NCBI GenBank assembly: GCA_963697165.1
Contig: CAVOMX010000023.1
Coordinates: 1 to 21,184 of the forward strand
Length of the DNA stretch: 21,184 bases
From: Candidatus Bathyarchaeota archaeon
GTDB lineage: Archaea; Thermoproteota; Bathyarchaeia; Bathyarchaeales; Bathyarchaeaceae
Direction of reading: 5' to 3'
Below the pieces are notes generated by a model. That model saw nothing but the letters and a program-made list of their open reading frames with translations. It searched no databases and was not told the origin of the DNA. Position 1 is the stretch's first letter. Each line of letters opens with the position of its first letter. The translations under genes and the position numbers were made by a program. Below are positions 1 through 9,116 of this stretch, one piece after another.

Positions 1-1167
1 AGCCTCCTAAAACTTGCCAATTACCTCCTTCGCTACAGAACAGGCAGCCCAGCGACATTATACCTTTACGTCGACTGCTTATGGCGCTATACCAACAGAG
101 CAAGTTTAAGCCCCGACCAGCTAATCTCAGACGTCAAAGACGAAAACGGACTTCCAAAGCCTCATAGAATCCCATACCACATCAAAGCCCTAGAAGACTA
201 CGTCTGCGAACTACAAGACAATGGATTAGCGTCATCCAGAATAGGCATTTACGTAAAAGCCGTCAGAGCCCTATACCGAATAAACGGAATAGACATCAAG
301 CTTCCACAATCACTAAGCCGCAGAGTCGTTCGACACGACAGAGCACCCAAGCCAGACGAGCTCCGACGCGTTATAGACATAGCAGAACTAAGAGAGAGAG
401 TTATAGTTAGCATACTAGCACTAGGAGGCTTTCGCGAAGGAACACTAGTGAAGCTCAAATATAGGCACGTACGAGAAGACCTCGAAAAGGGCATCATACC
501 TCTGCATATACACGTGGAATCCGCAATCACTAAAGGAAAATACCATGACTACGACACATTCATCGGAAAAGAAGCTGTAGACTACCTCAGTGAATATCTA
601 GAAACTCGCCGACTAGGAAGCCCAGGTGGAAAAATACCGCCTGAAAACATCCATGACGAATCGCCACTTATCTGCAACAGTATCTCTAGAACACCCAAAA
701 CAGTCAGAACGAAGCAAATCTACAATCTGGTGCACAACTTATACTTCAAGGCAGGGCTACTGAAACGAAACTCTGGTGGCTCCTACACCCTAAAAGTGCA
801 TAGTATAAGAAAATTCTTCAAAACACAGCTCTTAGCTTTAGGGGTTCAGGCAGATTACGTTGACTACATGATGGGTCACACCATCGACGTTTACCACGAC
901 ATCCAAATGAACGGCATAGAGTATCTACGCAACGTCTATAGAGCGTCCGGATTGGCGATAACGCCTAAAACCCAGAATTCAAAAATCGAAGCACTAAAGG
1001 AGATCATAAGGGCGTGGGGTCTAAACCCTGAAGAAATCCTCACCAGAAAAGCTATGTCCAAACCTCACCGAACAATCTTAGTCCCACAAGACCTGGAGAA
1101 CAACCAAATAAAGATCTTATGCGATGCTTTAAAGACAGAAATCAAAAAGGAATTAATATCGAGATGA
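1..1167 (+). CDS. Tyrosine recombinase / site-specific integrase (5' end outside window)
   Basis: Frame +1 is open from base 1 to TGA at 1167, so the ORF-track start at 448 is internal. Tyr-recombinase motifs occur in order: LGGFREGT (Arg codon 433-435), HSIR (799-810), MMGH, then Tyr in IDVYH. Confidence 0.9.
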   Translation, partial: SLLKLANYLLRYRTGSPATLYLYVDCLWRYTNRASLSPDQLISDVKDENGLPKPHRIPYHIKALEDYVCELQDNGLASSRIGIYVKAVRALYRINGIDIKLPQSLSRRVVRHDRAPKPDELRRVIDIAELRERVIVSILALGGFREGTLVKLKYRHVREDLEKGIIPLHIHVESAITKGKYHDYDTFIGKEAVDYLSEYLETRRLGSPGGKIPPENIHDESPLICNSISRTPKTVRTKQIYNLVHNLYFKAGLLKRNSGGSYTLKVHSIRKFFKTQLLALGVQADYVDYMMGHTIDVYHDIQMNGIEYLRNVYRASGLAITPKTQNSKIEALKEIIRAWGLNPEEILTRKAMSKPHRTILVPQDLENNQIKILCDALKTEIKKELISR

Positions 1168-1195
1168 CATCTATTCCTTTCCAGAGAAATAAAAA

Positions 1196-1210
1196 CCCGC
1201 GGACCCGCCA
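1196..1210 (+). mobile_element. Putative att core resembling a tRNA 3' end (CCCG-CGGACCC-G-CCA)
   Basis: GC-rich 15-mer 28 nt after the integrase stop. It reads as partial T-stem 3' strand + 7-nt acceptor strand + G discriminator + CCA. No tRNA 5' half is adjacent. Confidence 0.45.
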
Positions 1211-1231
1211 TAAACAGGAAGAAAACATGAA

Positions 1232-3187
1232 ATGGTTTCCGTAAACCCCTTCTCCGAATTCTATTCCGGATGCGAGACTGTTTTAAAGGATTCTCTAAAC
1301 AGGCTATATCCAACTTTTCCGTTGCCCTCTATATTGCTTGAGGTTCCGTCCCAACCTTGAGTTCGGCGAACTTGGCAGCTTCTGTATGTTTTGAGCTTGC
1401 CAAGCACGCAAGAAAGAAGCCCCGAAGTATTGCAGAAGAGGTTGTAAAAGCAATAGATGTTAGCGGTCTTGCGTTGATTGAGTCTGTTCAGGCGGCTGGA
1501 GCAGGATACGTCAATTTTCGTGTTAACTCCGAAATGTTTTCCCGTTTAACTCTTGAGTCTGCAAGAGAGTTAGATACAGAATATGGCTACGTTAAGACTT
1601 CTGATCCAAAGAAGATTCTGCTTGAGCACACAAGCGTAAATCCTGTTCACCCCATTCATATTGGACAGGCAAGAAATCCGATGCTGGGCGATGCATTAGC
1701 TCGCATTTTAATAAATCATGGACACAATGTTTCGAGACACTATTACGTGGATGATGTTGGTCGCCAGAGTGCAGTAATAGCCTATGGATACATTAAACTT
1801 GGGAAGCAAAAACCCAAAGGAAAGCCTGACCGTTTCATAGGTGGAATTTACGCGGTTACAAGTTGTATTATGGAAGTTAAACGCCTCAACAAAGGTGATT
1901 AAGTCAACAGAAAATCTTGACGAACCAAGATGTTACAAAACTGCATCGTGATTTGGATGAGTGGACTTCAATTTCTTCGGAAATGGAACAGAAGTATCCA
2001 AAGCTTTTCACTAAACTTTTAGATGAAATTAGCAAAGACAGCGACCCAGAAGAGCAAGTCGGCAAACTGATACAAGGATACGAAGCAGGTGAAGAGAAAA
2101 GGCTAAACATTTGCTAAGAGAGGTTTGTGAACTGTGCCTCACAGGGTTTAGGGAAACTCTTGCCAGCGTAGAAATAACGGTTGATTGTTGGGATTGGGAG
2201 AGCGATTTGATATGGAACGGCGACGTCAAACGTGCTCTTGAAGCCTTGAAGGCGACGCCCTATGTTTGTGAGGCAGATGGAATTCTGGAGTTTGACTCAG
2301 AAAAAGTTGCTCATGACCTTGACCTCAAAAAGAAGCTAGGAATCAGTGATGACCACGAACTATCGTCCTTAACTCTTGTTAGGGCAGACGGAACGTCTCT
2401 TTATACAACTAGGGATATCGCGTATCATCTGTGGAAGTTTCAAAGAGCAGAACGAGTTGTCAATGTTATTGGCATGGAACAGACCTTGCCCCAGCTGCAG
2501 CTAAAACTTGCCCTTAGTGCTCTTGGTCATATAGATTACATATCCAAATTAACGCATTTTGCTTACAGTTTAGTTAGGCTTCCTGGACACAGAATGTCAA
2601 GCCGCAGAGGACGTTACATAACTCTTGATGAAGTTATGGAAGGCGCTGCCAAAGAGAGCTTATGCAGAAGTGTCGAAACGTTCCCCCCACCTGTCTGAGG
2701 CAGAGAAAGAGAAAATTTCAGTTTTTGTTGGAAAAGGAGCAGTCAAGTATGCATTGATTGCGGTGGACCCAACTAAACCTGTGGTATTCACGTGGGACAG
2801 GGTACTGGATTTTGAGAAGAATAGTGCGCCGTATATTCAGTATTCGCATGCAAGAGCGTGCAGTATTCTACGGAAGGCAGATAGAGTACCTGAGATTGCT
2901 GACTATTCGCTTCTGGTTCAGATCAGATGGAACGGGACATGATTCTAATGTTGGCGCGTTTTCCTGAGGTGTTTTTGGATGCAGCAGAGAATCTTCGACC
3001 TACCGCAATAGCAGATTATGTGAACAGTTTAGCGGACAAGTTCAACAAGTTCTACACAAAAATGCCTGTTATAAAAGCTGAGTCAGCGGAGCTAAGTGAT
3101 GCTCGTCTTGCGCTTGTTGATGCTACCCGGATAGTTCTACGGAATGGCTTGAAGCTTCTTGGAATAGAGGCTCCTGATAAGATGTAG
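1232..3187 (+). CDS. argS: Arginyl-tRNA synthetase, split over several frames by about 7 indels (likely sequencing errors)
   Basis: ATG at 1232 (MVSVNPF), then EFGELA, GAGYVNF, EHTSVNP-HPIHIGQARN (HIGH motif), DGTSLYTTRDIAY, RMSSRRG (KMSKS-like), SAPYIQYSHARACSI, and C-terminal LLGIEAPDKM. Frame breaks near 1350, 1373, 1893, 1917, 2110, 2650 and 2920. Confidence 0.93.
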
Positions 3188-3216
3188 CGATTGTGCTACT
3201 GTGAAGGAGTTTGGAC

Positions 3217-3892
3217 ATGCAAAGATTTTGATTATGGAAGAGAGATGCTCAAGTGGCTTGCGATTATTACGATGACGATCGACCATGTTGGCGCAGTCTT
3301 GTATCCAGACTATGAGGTTCTGCGTTGGATTGGCAGAATCTCTTTTCCGTTGTTTGCTTATCTGTTGATGCTGGGAATGGAAAACACAAGAAATGTCCGC
3401 AACTATTTTGTTAGGCTTTTCGTTTTTGCTTTAATTTCTCAGGTGCCATTTTTCTTAGCAATAGGTTATGCGCCGTTCGAGATAACTCAACATTTTCTTT
3501 CACTCTCGCTTCAGGTCTTATGTTTATTTATTTTTTCAAGAAGGGTTCAGCGATCACGTTTGTTGTCTTGTTGGTTTCTTTTGTTTTACCCTTTGATTAT
3601 GGCATCTATGGTATAGCCATGATTGGCTGCATGTACATTTTACGCATGAATACAAAGATTGGTGTTGTTTCGTTGGTTTTGCTTAATGTCACTGTTTCTG
3701 GTGCCATTAAATAGCCAGATTCTCTCTCTAGCTGCAATACCGTTTATTGTTCTTCACAATAATGGTTCACTAGTCACAACAAGGCATACGACGGGATAGT
3801 ATAGGATTCCGTTTTGGAGAAAATACTTTTTCTACGCATACTACCCGCTTCACTTCATCCTGCTTTATGTAATAAGACTAACCTATTTCTAG
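3217..3892 (+). CDS. TraX-family membrane protein (putative acyltransferase), frameshifted
   Basis: LKWLAIITMTIDH...IGRISFPLFAYLL..G...TRN...Y..RLFVFALISQVPF, LNIFFTL (across frames), DYGIYG and C-terminal KYFFYAYYPLH are TraX hallmarks. ATG 3217 follows GGAG; TAG at 3890-3892; several indels. Confidence 0.8.
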
Positions 3893-3959
3893 CCGTCTTT
3901 TAAAGTTAAATTTTAACGAGCACATCGTTCGTACTCTAAGACTAAAATGGATGATTCTT

Positions 3960-4700
3960 CTAACTTCTGATTTTCAAGCGCCACCAGAGAGAGAGCGTCT
4001 GCCAACCCATAATAAAAGAGTCTTTAAGAAGACTCACTTTCGTTTGGCGTCCACCTTTCCAAGACACTGGAATCTCTTTTATCTTATACCCTCTTCGGTA
4101 TGCCCTAACCAGGATCTCAGTGTCCCAGAACCAGTGGTCAGCTTCAACTTCATCAAGTAATTGCATAAGCGGTCCTCGCCGGAACGCTTTGAAGCCGCAC
4201 TGATGATCTTTAACCTTAGAGCCAAGAAATGTACGAACCATAAAATTGTAAGTTTTAGAAGCTATATTCCTCGTACCAGTTCGTGCAACATTGCTTTCAG
4301 GAAGCATCCTTGAACCAGTGGCAAAATCATATCCTTCTGATTCAACTGCCTCAACAAGAGGTTTTAATTGTTCCAAATCAGTAGCAAGATCCAAGTCCAT
4401 GTAAACAAGAACCTCGTTCCTGCTTTGTTTAAACGCATTTTTTAGTGCAGCTCCTCTTCCAAGACGTTTGTCCCTATGAATGTGTTTTACGAAAGGATTC
4501 TTTTGGGCAAGCAAAGCTGCAAGTTTGTCAGTTCCATCGGTGCTTCCGTCCTCTGCTATAATAATCTCGTATGAACGCGTGAATTCATCAAGTGCATAGG
4601 TGACTTTGTCTACTGCAATCTCTAACGAGTCTGCTTCATTATAGGCTGGAAAAACTAGTGAAACCCCCGCTGAACCCCTATTCGATCTCTCAAAATTCAT
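3960..4700 (-). CDS. GT2 dolichyl/polyprenyl-phosphate glycosyltransferase (DPM1/ALG5-like)
   Basis: VSLVFPAYNE, AEDGSTDGT, GRGAA, YMDLD (DxD), GSR, DHQCGFKAF, WFWDTE. The likely start is ATG 4700, directly after the PMT stop. Confidence 0.9.
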   Translation of the reverse strand: MNFERSNRGSAGVSLVFPAYNEADSLEIAVDKVTYALDEFTRSYEIIIAEDGSTDGTDKLAALLAQKNPFVKHIHRDKRLGRGAALKNAFKQSRNEVLVYMDLDLATDLEQLKPLVEAVESEGYDFATGSRMLPESNVARTGTRNIASKTYNFMVRTFLGSKVKDHQCGFKAFRRGPLMQLLDEVEADHWFWDTEILVRAYRRGYKIKEIPVSWKGGRQTKVSLLKDSFIMGWQTLSLWWRLKIRS

Positions 4701-4702
4701 TT

Positions 4703-6388
4703 TCAGAAGATCCATCCATTGAGCCACTTCAAGCTATCAATCCATGAATTAGACGCGGGCATCCCGGAAATGACGGAATAAAATAACCCAAATAACGCTA
4801 CTATACCTGTAAAATAGGCTATTGCCGCTACCTTAACCCACTTGCTACTCCAATATTTGCTGATAAAATACGCTACCGCCAAGCTCATAAACGGCATATT
4901 AACATAAAAATGGTAGATGAATGTAATTCTCGAAATGAAAATATAGGGAACCCACTGGAAAAAGAAAAACACTGTGATAAAAATGCAGCCAAACGCCTTT
5001 CGTTTAACAGCAAAACCGACAGCCAACAATATAAACGCAAAGCCAACCCACCAAAGGAGGGGATTGCCCATAAGAACAATCGTTGATTCCACATTATTTG
5101 TCAAAGTTGATACATAGAGCCATAAAGGCTTCAGCATTAAAGGCCACGTCCACCATGAAGACGAAAACTGATGAGTGGCATTTAATGTCGCATGATAATT
5201 ATACATTGACCACTGTAGGTCAGGAAAATCAGCTAACGTGCGGCCTGCAAGCAAGTCGGGAATGTAAGTCAGAAAGTAAAAAAATATGGCAACTAACAAA
5301 AAACTAACAATCAAATAGAACGGATGATCAAAAATGGAGGAAAATTTTCCAGATAAGCCTTCTTTCAGTTTTAGGACATCTTTAAGCCTAATCGCGGCGA
5401 GAATAGTTAATTGCGCGCCAAAACCATAAAGTACAACCCACTTTGTTGAAAAGCCAAGGGCGAAAAACAGAACCGCCAAAAATAACGGTAAAACTGGAGC
5501 TTTCCAGCCGTTCTTGAGTACGTCCTTTAGGTAAATCAAGAAGAAAAGTTGGGATGTCAAAGAAAAGAAGATTACGTAGGTGTCAACAGTTGCCATTCTG
5601 GCCATCGTGAAATGCATGAAATCGAAGGCTAATAGGAAAGCTGATGTGAAACCGCCTATCCATGTTTCAAACAGTTCTTTCCCTAAAATGTAAATCAATG
5701 GAATCATCAACGTAGCGAAAATAACGCCGGTTATTCGCCATCCGAAGGGATTATAGCCAAAAACCGAGATTCCGGAGGCAATAATCAGTTTTCCAAGAGG
5801 TGGATGAGTCCACTCATATGGTACCTGAAGGTTCAGATACTGCTCAGCACTTCTAACAAAATAGATTTCGTCAAAAAAAGTTTCCGACAGATAAGTAGGT
5901 GGACACTGAACCAAGTCTTGCTCATCAATCAACATTGACAAGTTCGGGTCGGAAACACCTTCACTACCAACCCCGGCAATCTCAATCCTCTGAATTTCTG
6001 AACTTAATACAGCAACCTCGGTAAGCACAATAGAGGACTTTGGCTGAAAATCAAATCGTAAATACCGGGTCAGCAAACTGACGTCAACTTCATTCCAATT
6101 ATAGTAACTATCTGAAATGCTACCACTTATTCCACTGCTACTCCAGCTTCCAGGAGAACCCGTATAAACTTGAAATACTGCAGAACCTGTTTTAACTAAA
6201 AAATAAACGGTACCAACGTTCGCTGGTTCACCGAGGTCAATAAAGAATGTTTCGTTTTCAGCTGTTTCCCAATTACTAGTAGGTGTATATGTAAGACCAA
6301 GGTTCCAGACTGCAAGTGAAAAGAAAATGATTGCAAGCACAAAAATTGTTAATATATCTTTTTTATTGAGGTCATTTTTAATTTTCAT
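4703..6388 (-). CDS. GT39/PMT-family lipid-phosphate-sugar protein O-mannosyltransferase-like protein
   Basis: FFDEIYF (catalytic DE), HPPLGKLII, PFGWR, MARMATVD, STKW, HQFSSSWWTWP, MGNPLLWW and RITFIYHF; many TM segments; a soluble insertion lies between TM1 and the DE motif. Confidence 0.88.
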   Translation of the reverse strand: MKIKNDLNKKDILTIFVLAIIFFSLAVWNLGLTYTPTSNWETAENETFFIDLGEPANVGTVYFLVKTGSAVFQVYTGSPGSWSSSGISGSISDSYYNWNEVDVSLLTRYLRFDFQPKSSIVLTEVAVLSSEIQRIEIAGVGSEGVSDPNLSMLIDEQDLVQCPPTYLSETFFDEIYFVRSAEQYLNLQVPYEWTHPPLGKLIIASGISVFGYNPFGWRITGVIFATLMIPLIYILGKELFETWIGGFTSAFLLAFDFMHFTMARMATVDTYVIFFSLTSQLFFLIYLKDVLKNGWKAPVLPLFLAVLFFALGFSTKWVVLYGFGAQLTILAAIRLKDVLKLKEGLSGKFSSIFDHPFYLIVSFLLVAIFFYFLTYIPDLLAGRTLADFPDLQWSMYNYHATLNATHQFSSSWWTWPLMLKPLWLYVSTLTNNVESTIVLMGNPLLWWVGFAFILLAVGFAVKRKAFGCIFITVFFFFQWVPYIFISRITFIYHFYVNMPFMSLAVAYFISKYWSSKWVKVAAIAYFTGIVALFGLFYSVISGMPASNSWIDSLKWLNGWIF

Positions 6389-6482
6389 TACACTTCGCCT
6401 CTGCCTTAGTGTTCTTACCTATTTTGCGGGATTCATTATTAACTACAGTCGAAATTAAAACACATCTCACATAAGCACTAAA

Positions 6483-6519
6483 ATGTAATGGATTGTTTTT
6501 AAATTAATCCAGGTTACAT
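6483..6519. promoter_or_regulatory. Imperfect inverted repeat in the divergent promoter region
   Basis: ATGTAA-TGGATT ... AATCCA-GG-TTACAT. Confidence 0.3.
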
Positions 6520-6835
6520 GCACGGAAAAATATTTAGTATTACACATTAAATAAATGATTTAGTAATTTATCTGGGGAGAAGAATGAATATTGCTGATTA
6601 GGTTTGCGCTAGTTATTAGAGGACAAATAACATTTTTTGATAAAGAAGATAGGATTTACTTTTGTTCTGATAGGCGTATGCTTCATCATTTACATCCCTA
6701 TTTCTGATGTAAAAAATGTCTAAATGACATCTTGACAAACATTTGCAGCTTTTGGCGCTAGGTTTACTCACAAAAAAATGTTAATGACCAAAAACATGTT
6801 CAAGGCATTTCATAGAATGAATATTCACAATTCGC

Positions 6836-6850
6836 AAAGCTTTTAAAATA
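6836..6850 (+). promoter_or_regulatory. BRE/TATA promoter of the secreted protein gene
   Basis: aaagcTTTTAAAATA, about 33-42 nt upstream of ATG 6883. Confidence 0.45.
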
Positions 6851-6882
6851 TTTCCGAGCCAGATTTTTGTGCGGTTATTGAA

Positions 6883-8409
6883 ATGGTTAAACATTTCCAA
6901 AAAATTATGGTAATATCAATAGTTTTTCTTTTGCTCAGCACTGCTTTACCAGTATCCGCTGTTGACACGTTGCAACCTTCCGACTTTGAGCTGGAAAGCT
7001 GGAGCAAAAACATCGATTTCTTCGATTACGTGAGACTATACACCGCCATTCACGGCAAGACGCCTCCAGCCGAAAACGAGCATGCATACCTGAACCTGGC
7101 TTACATGAACACTTCAGGACTTCAAGTAATCTCTGCTGGACTCTTCAACATCACGGATGAAGAAAATGCGCTCACAATTCCAATCCAAACAACAATGATG
7201 CATTACAAGTCCCAAGATGGACTAAAAGATATCGTGACTGCCTCAAGCTTTGTGATGCTCATGGCATTCAACGAAACCGAGGATACAATATTTGAGCATT
7301 GGCCAGACAAAGCTGATACGTTATATGCATCTTTCAGTTTGGGTTATGATTTAGATGAATTTTTTGAAAATTCGAAACCTGATTTGAACAGCAAAACCGA
7401 GGTAATACCCTTAACATCAACCTCGGATGGGCTGGTTTGGCGATGGGGCATGAAGTACACCGACCTAGCAGCGTTATGGTGGAAAACGTCTATAGACCCA
7501 AATAATCCATCACGTGACCCTAGACCAATAGCTTTGACAGTTTATGACGAATTAACATTTACTTATGAACTAAAGATTAACCCAGAAACTGGAAAGGCAA
7601 CACTTGGCATGAACTATGTGATAGGTAAGATGCGTGACCTATGGATTTTCTGGTGGCTAATCTTTCTACCTGTGACAGTTCATTATAATGCAACAGGATG
7701 CTACAGACCAAATGGACAGAGAATCTCCACTGAAACAATATACGATTTCATCCACAACCAAGGAATCAAAATGAGTACCGTAAACTTTCAAGGCACAGTA
7801 ATCCTTGACTACACTGCCTACTCCGAATCCTCAGGCGCCAACGTTCAAGATAATGAAGTGCTAGTTGACGATTCTCTTATAGAGACTTTTGCTGATGATG
7901 GCGAAAAAATCTTGGACGCAAACTTCACAACAAAAGAAACATACAATTTATTCAATTACACGCTGGACCCAACAGAAACGGCTTACGAAACTTACCAGAC
8001 CAAAACAATAACCCCCAAAATAGCAGGTTTTGCACAAAACCCCATATTCGCTGTTCACACGTCGCTGATGCGGTTAATCCCAACAGTGATTGCAAGCATA
8101 GATCCCGAATTGTACCAACAAACTAAGGAGCATTTGCTGGACATGAACTACGCTGACTACTTCTACATAACAGCATATCCAGAGTATAGTGGCTACAGGA
8201 TAGAGCATGACCCAACCATAACTGCATATTGTCAATTAACAAAAAGTGAACCATTACCAGGAGAATCTGCACTATCAGGAGGAATAGAAGCAATCATCAG
8301 CCTTGTTCTCATAATAGTAATCGCTGTTGTTGTAATATTTATCCTCAGAAAACAAAAACAGACATCCGGACATCAAATCCAGAAACGGCTATCATATGCA
8401 TTTATCTAA
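6883..8409 (+). CDS. Secreted, C-terminally membrane-anchored protein of unknown function (candidate surface glycoprotein)
   Basis: N-terminal signal peptide (basic, hydrophobic core, VSA). Six N-X-S/T sequons (NTS, NIT, NET, NAT, NFT, NYT) in a Thr/Ser/Asp-rich body. C-terminal TM helix followed by RKQK. Confidence 0.8.
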   Translation: MVKHFQKIMVISIVFLLLSTALPVSAVDTLQPSDFELESWSKNIDFFDYVRLYTAIHGKTPPAENEHAYLNLAYMNTSGLQVISAGLFNITDEENALTIPIQTTMMHYKSQDGLKDIVTASSFVMLMAFNETEDTIFEHWPDKADTLYASFSLGYDLDEFFENSKPDLNSKTEVIPLTSTSDGLVWRWGMKYTDLAALWWKTSIDPNNPSRDPRPIALTVYDELTFTYELKINPETGKATLGMNYVIGKMRDLWIFWWLIFLPVTVHYNATGCYRPNGQRISTETIYDFIHNQGIKMSTVNFQGTVILDYTAYSESSGANVQDNEVLVDDSLIETFADDGEKILDANFTTKETYNLFNYTLDPTETAYETYQTKTITPKIAGFAQNPIFAVHTSLMRLIPTVIASIDPELYQQTKEHLLDMNYADYFYITAYPEYSGYRIEHDPTITAYCQLTKSEPLPGESALSGGIEAIISLVLIIVIAVVVIFILRKQKQTSGHQIQKRLSYAFI

Positions 8410-8437
8410 CCTAAGTTATAGCCAAAACCTGAACATA

Positions 8438-8938
8438 TTACACATTAAGTTGTATCGTCTTTACGTCAAGTGTTTCGGTGTCAAGAACTGATATTGTAGG
8501 TTTTCCACTTAGTATACCGCAAGCTTCACCAGGATTAATAACAAGAGTTCTCCCTTTTCGATACGTTTTCGCCATATGAGTATGGCCACAGACTAGCACA
8601 TCATGGCTCTCCAACTCGAGAAGCGACCGCATAAGTTCGGTATTGTCTCCATGCACCAAAGCAATTCTTAACCCGTCAACCACCACAAAAGCAAACCTTC
8701 CACGGATGTCAGCTCCAAACTCGGCGAACTTCTTTTTTAATAACTCTCTGTCTCCGTCGTTATTTCCGAAAACTCCAATCAGCGGAGCCTTCAACTGCCT
8801 AAAACGGGATGCCACAAAGGGGGCAATGTAGTCTCCTGCGTGGAGCACGAGCTCAACATTAATTTGGTTTAGCTGTTTAACTGCTTCGTCAATTAGGGGC
8901 AAACGATCATGAGTATCTGACAGAAGACCTACAATCAT
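8438..8938 (-). CDS. Calcineurin-like metallophosphoesterase (YfcE/MJ0936/Vps29-like)
   Basis: SDTH, HAGD, GNND, HG, GHTH and INPG motifs; upstream GGTGA Shine-Dalgarno. Confidence 0.9.
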   Translation of the reverse strand: MIVGLLSDTHDRLPLIDEAVKQLNQINVELVLHAGDYIAPFVASRFRQLKAPLIGVFGNNDGDRELLKKKFAEFGADIRGRFAFVVVDGLRIALVHGDNTELMRSLLELESHDVLVCGHTHMAKTYRKGRTLVINPGEACGILSGKPTISVLDTETLDVKTIQLNV

Positions 8939-9116
8939 TTACTAATCACCATACCAGTAGTTTTGCCCATTTAATTTCTTAGTTAAGAAAGAAGTGAGTG
9001 AACCTAAATATGCCTTACCCTCATACAACATCTGAACATACTTACCTATAATTCAGATTGTGTTGTCCGAAAACGTTTTACAACCGATTATGCGTTAGTA
9101 TGTAGCGGTGTGAAAT

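Noticed and set aside
8438..8938. Vps29 as a eukaryotic signature protein
   Set aside because: All metal-binding motifs of ordinary prokaryotic YfcE/MJ0936 phosphoesterases are present, and no retromer-like partners are nearby.
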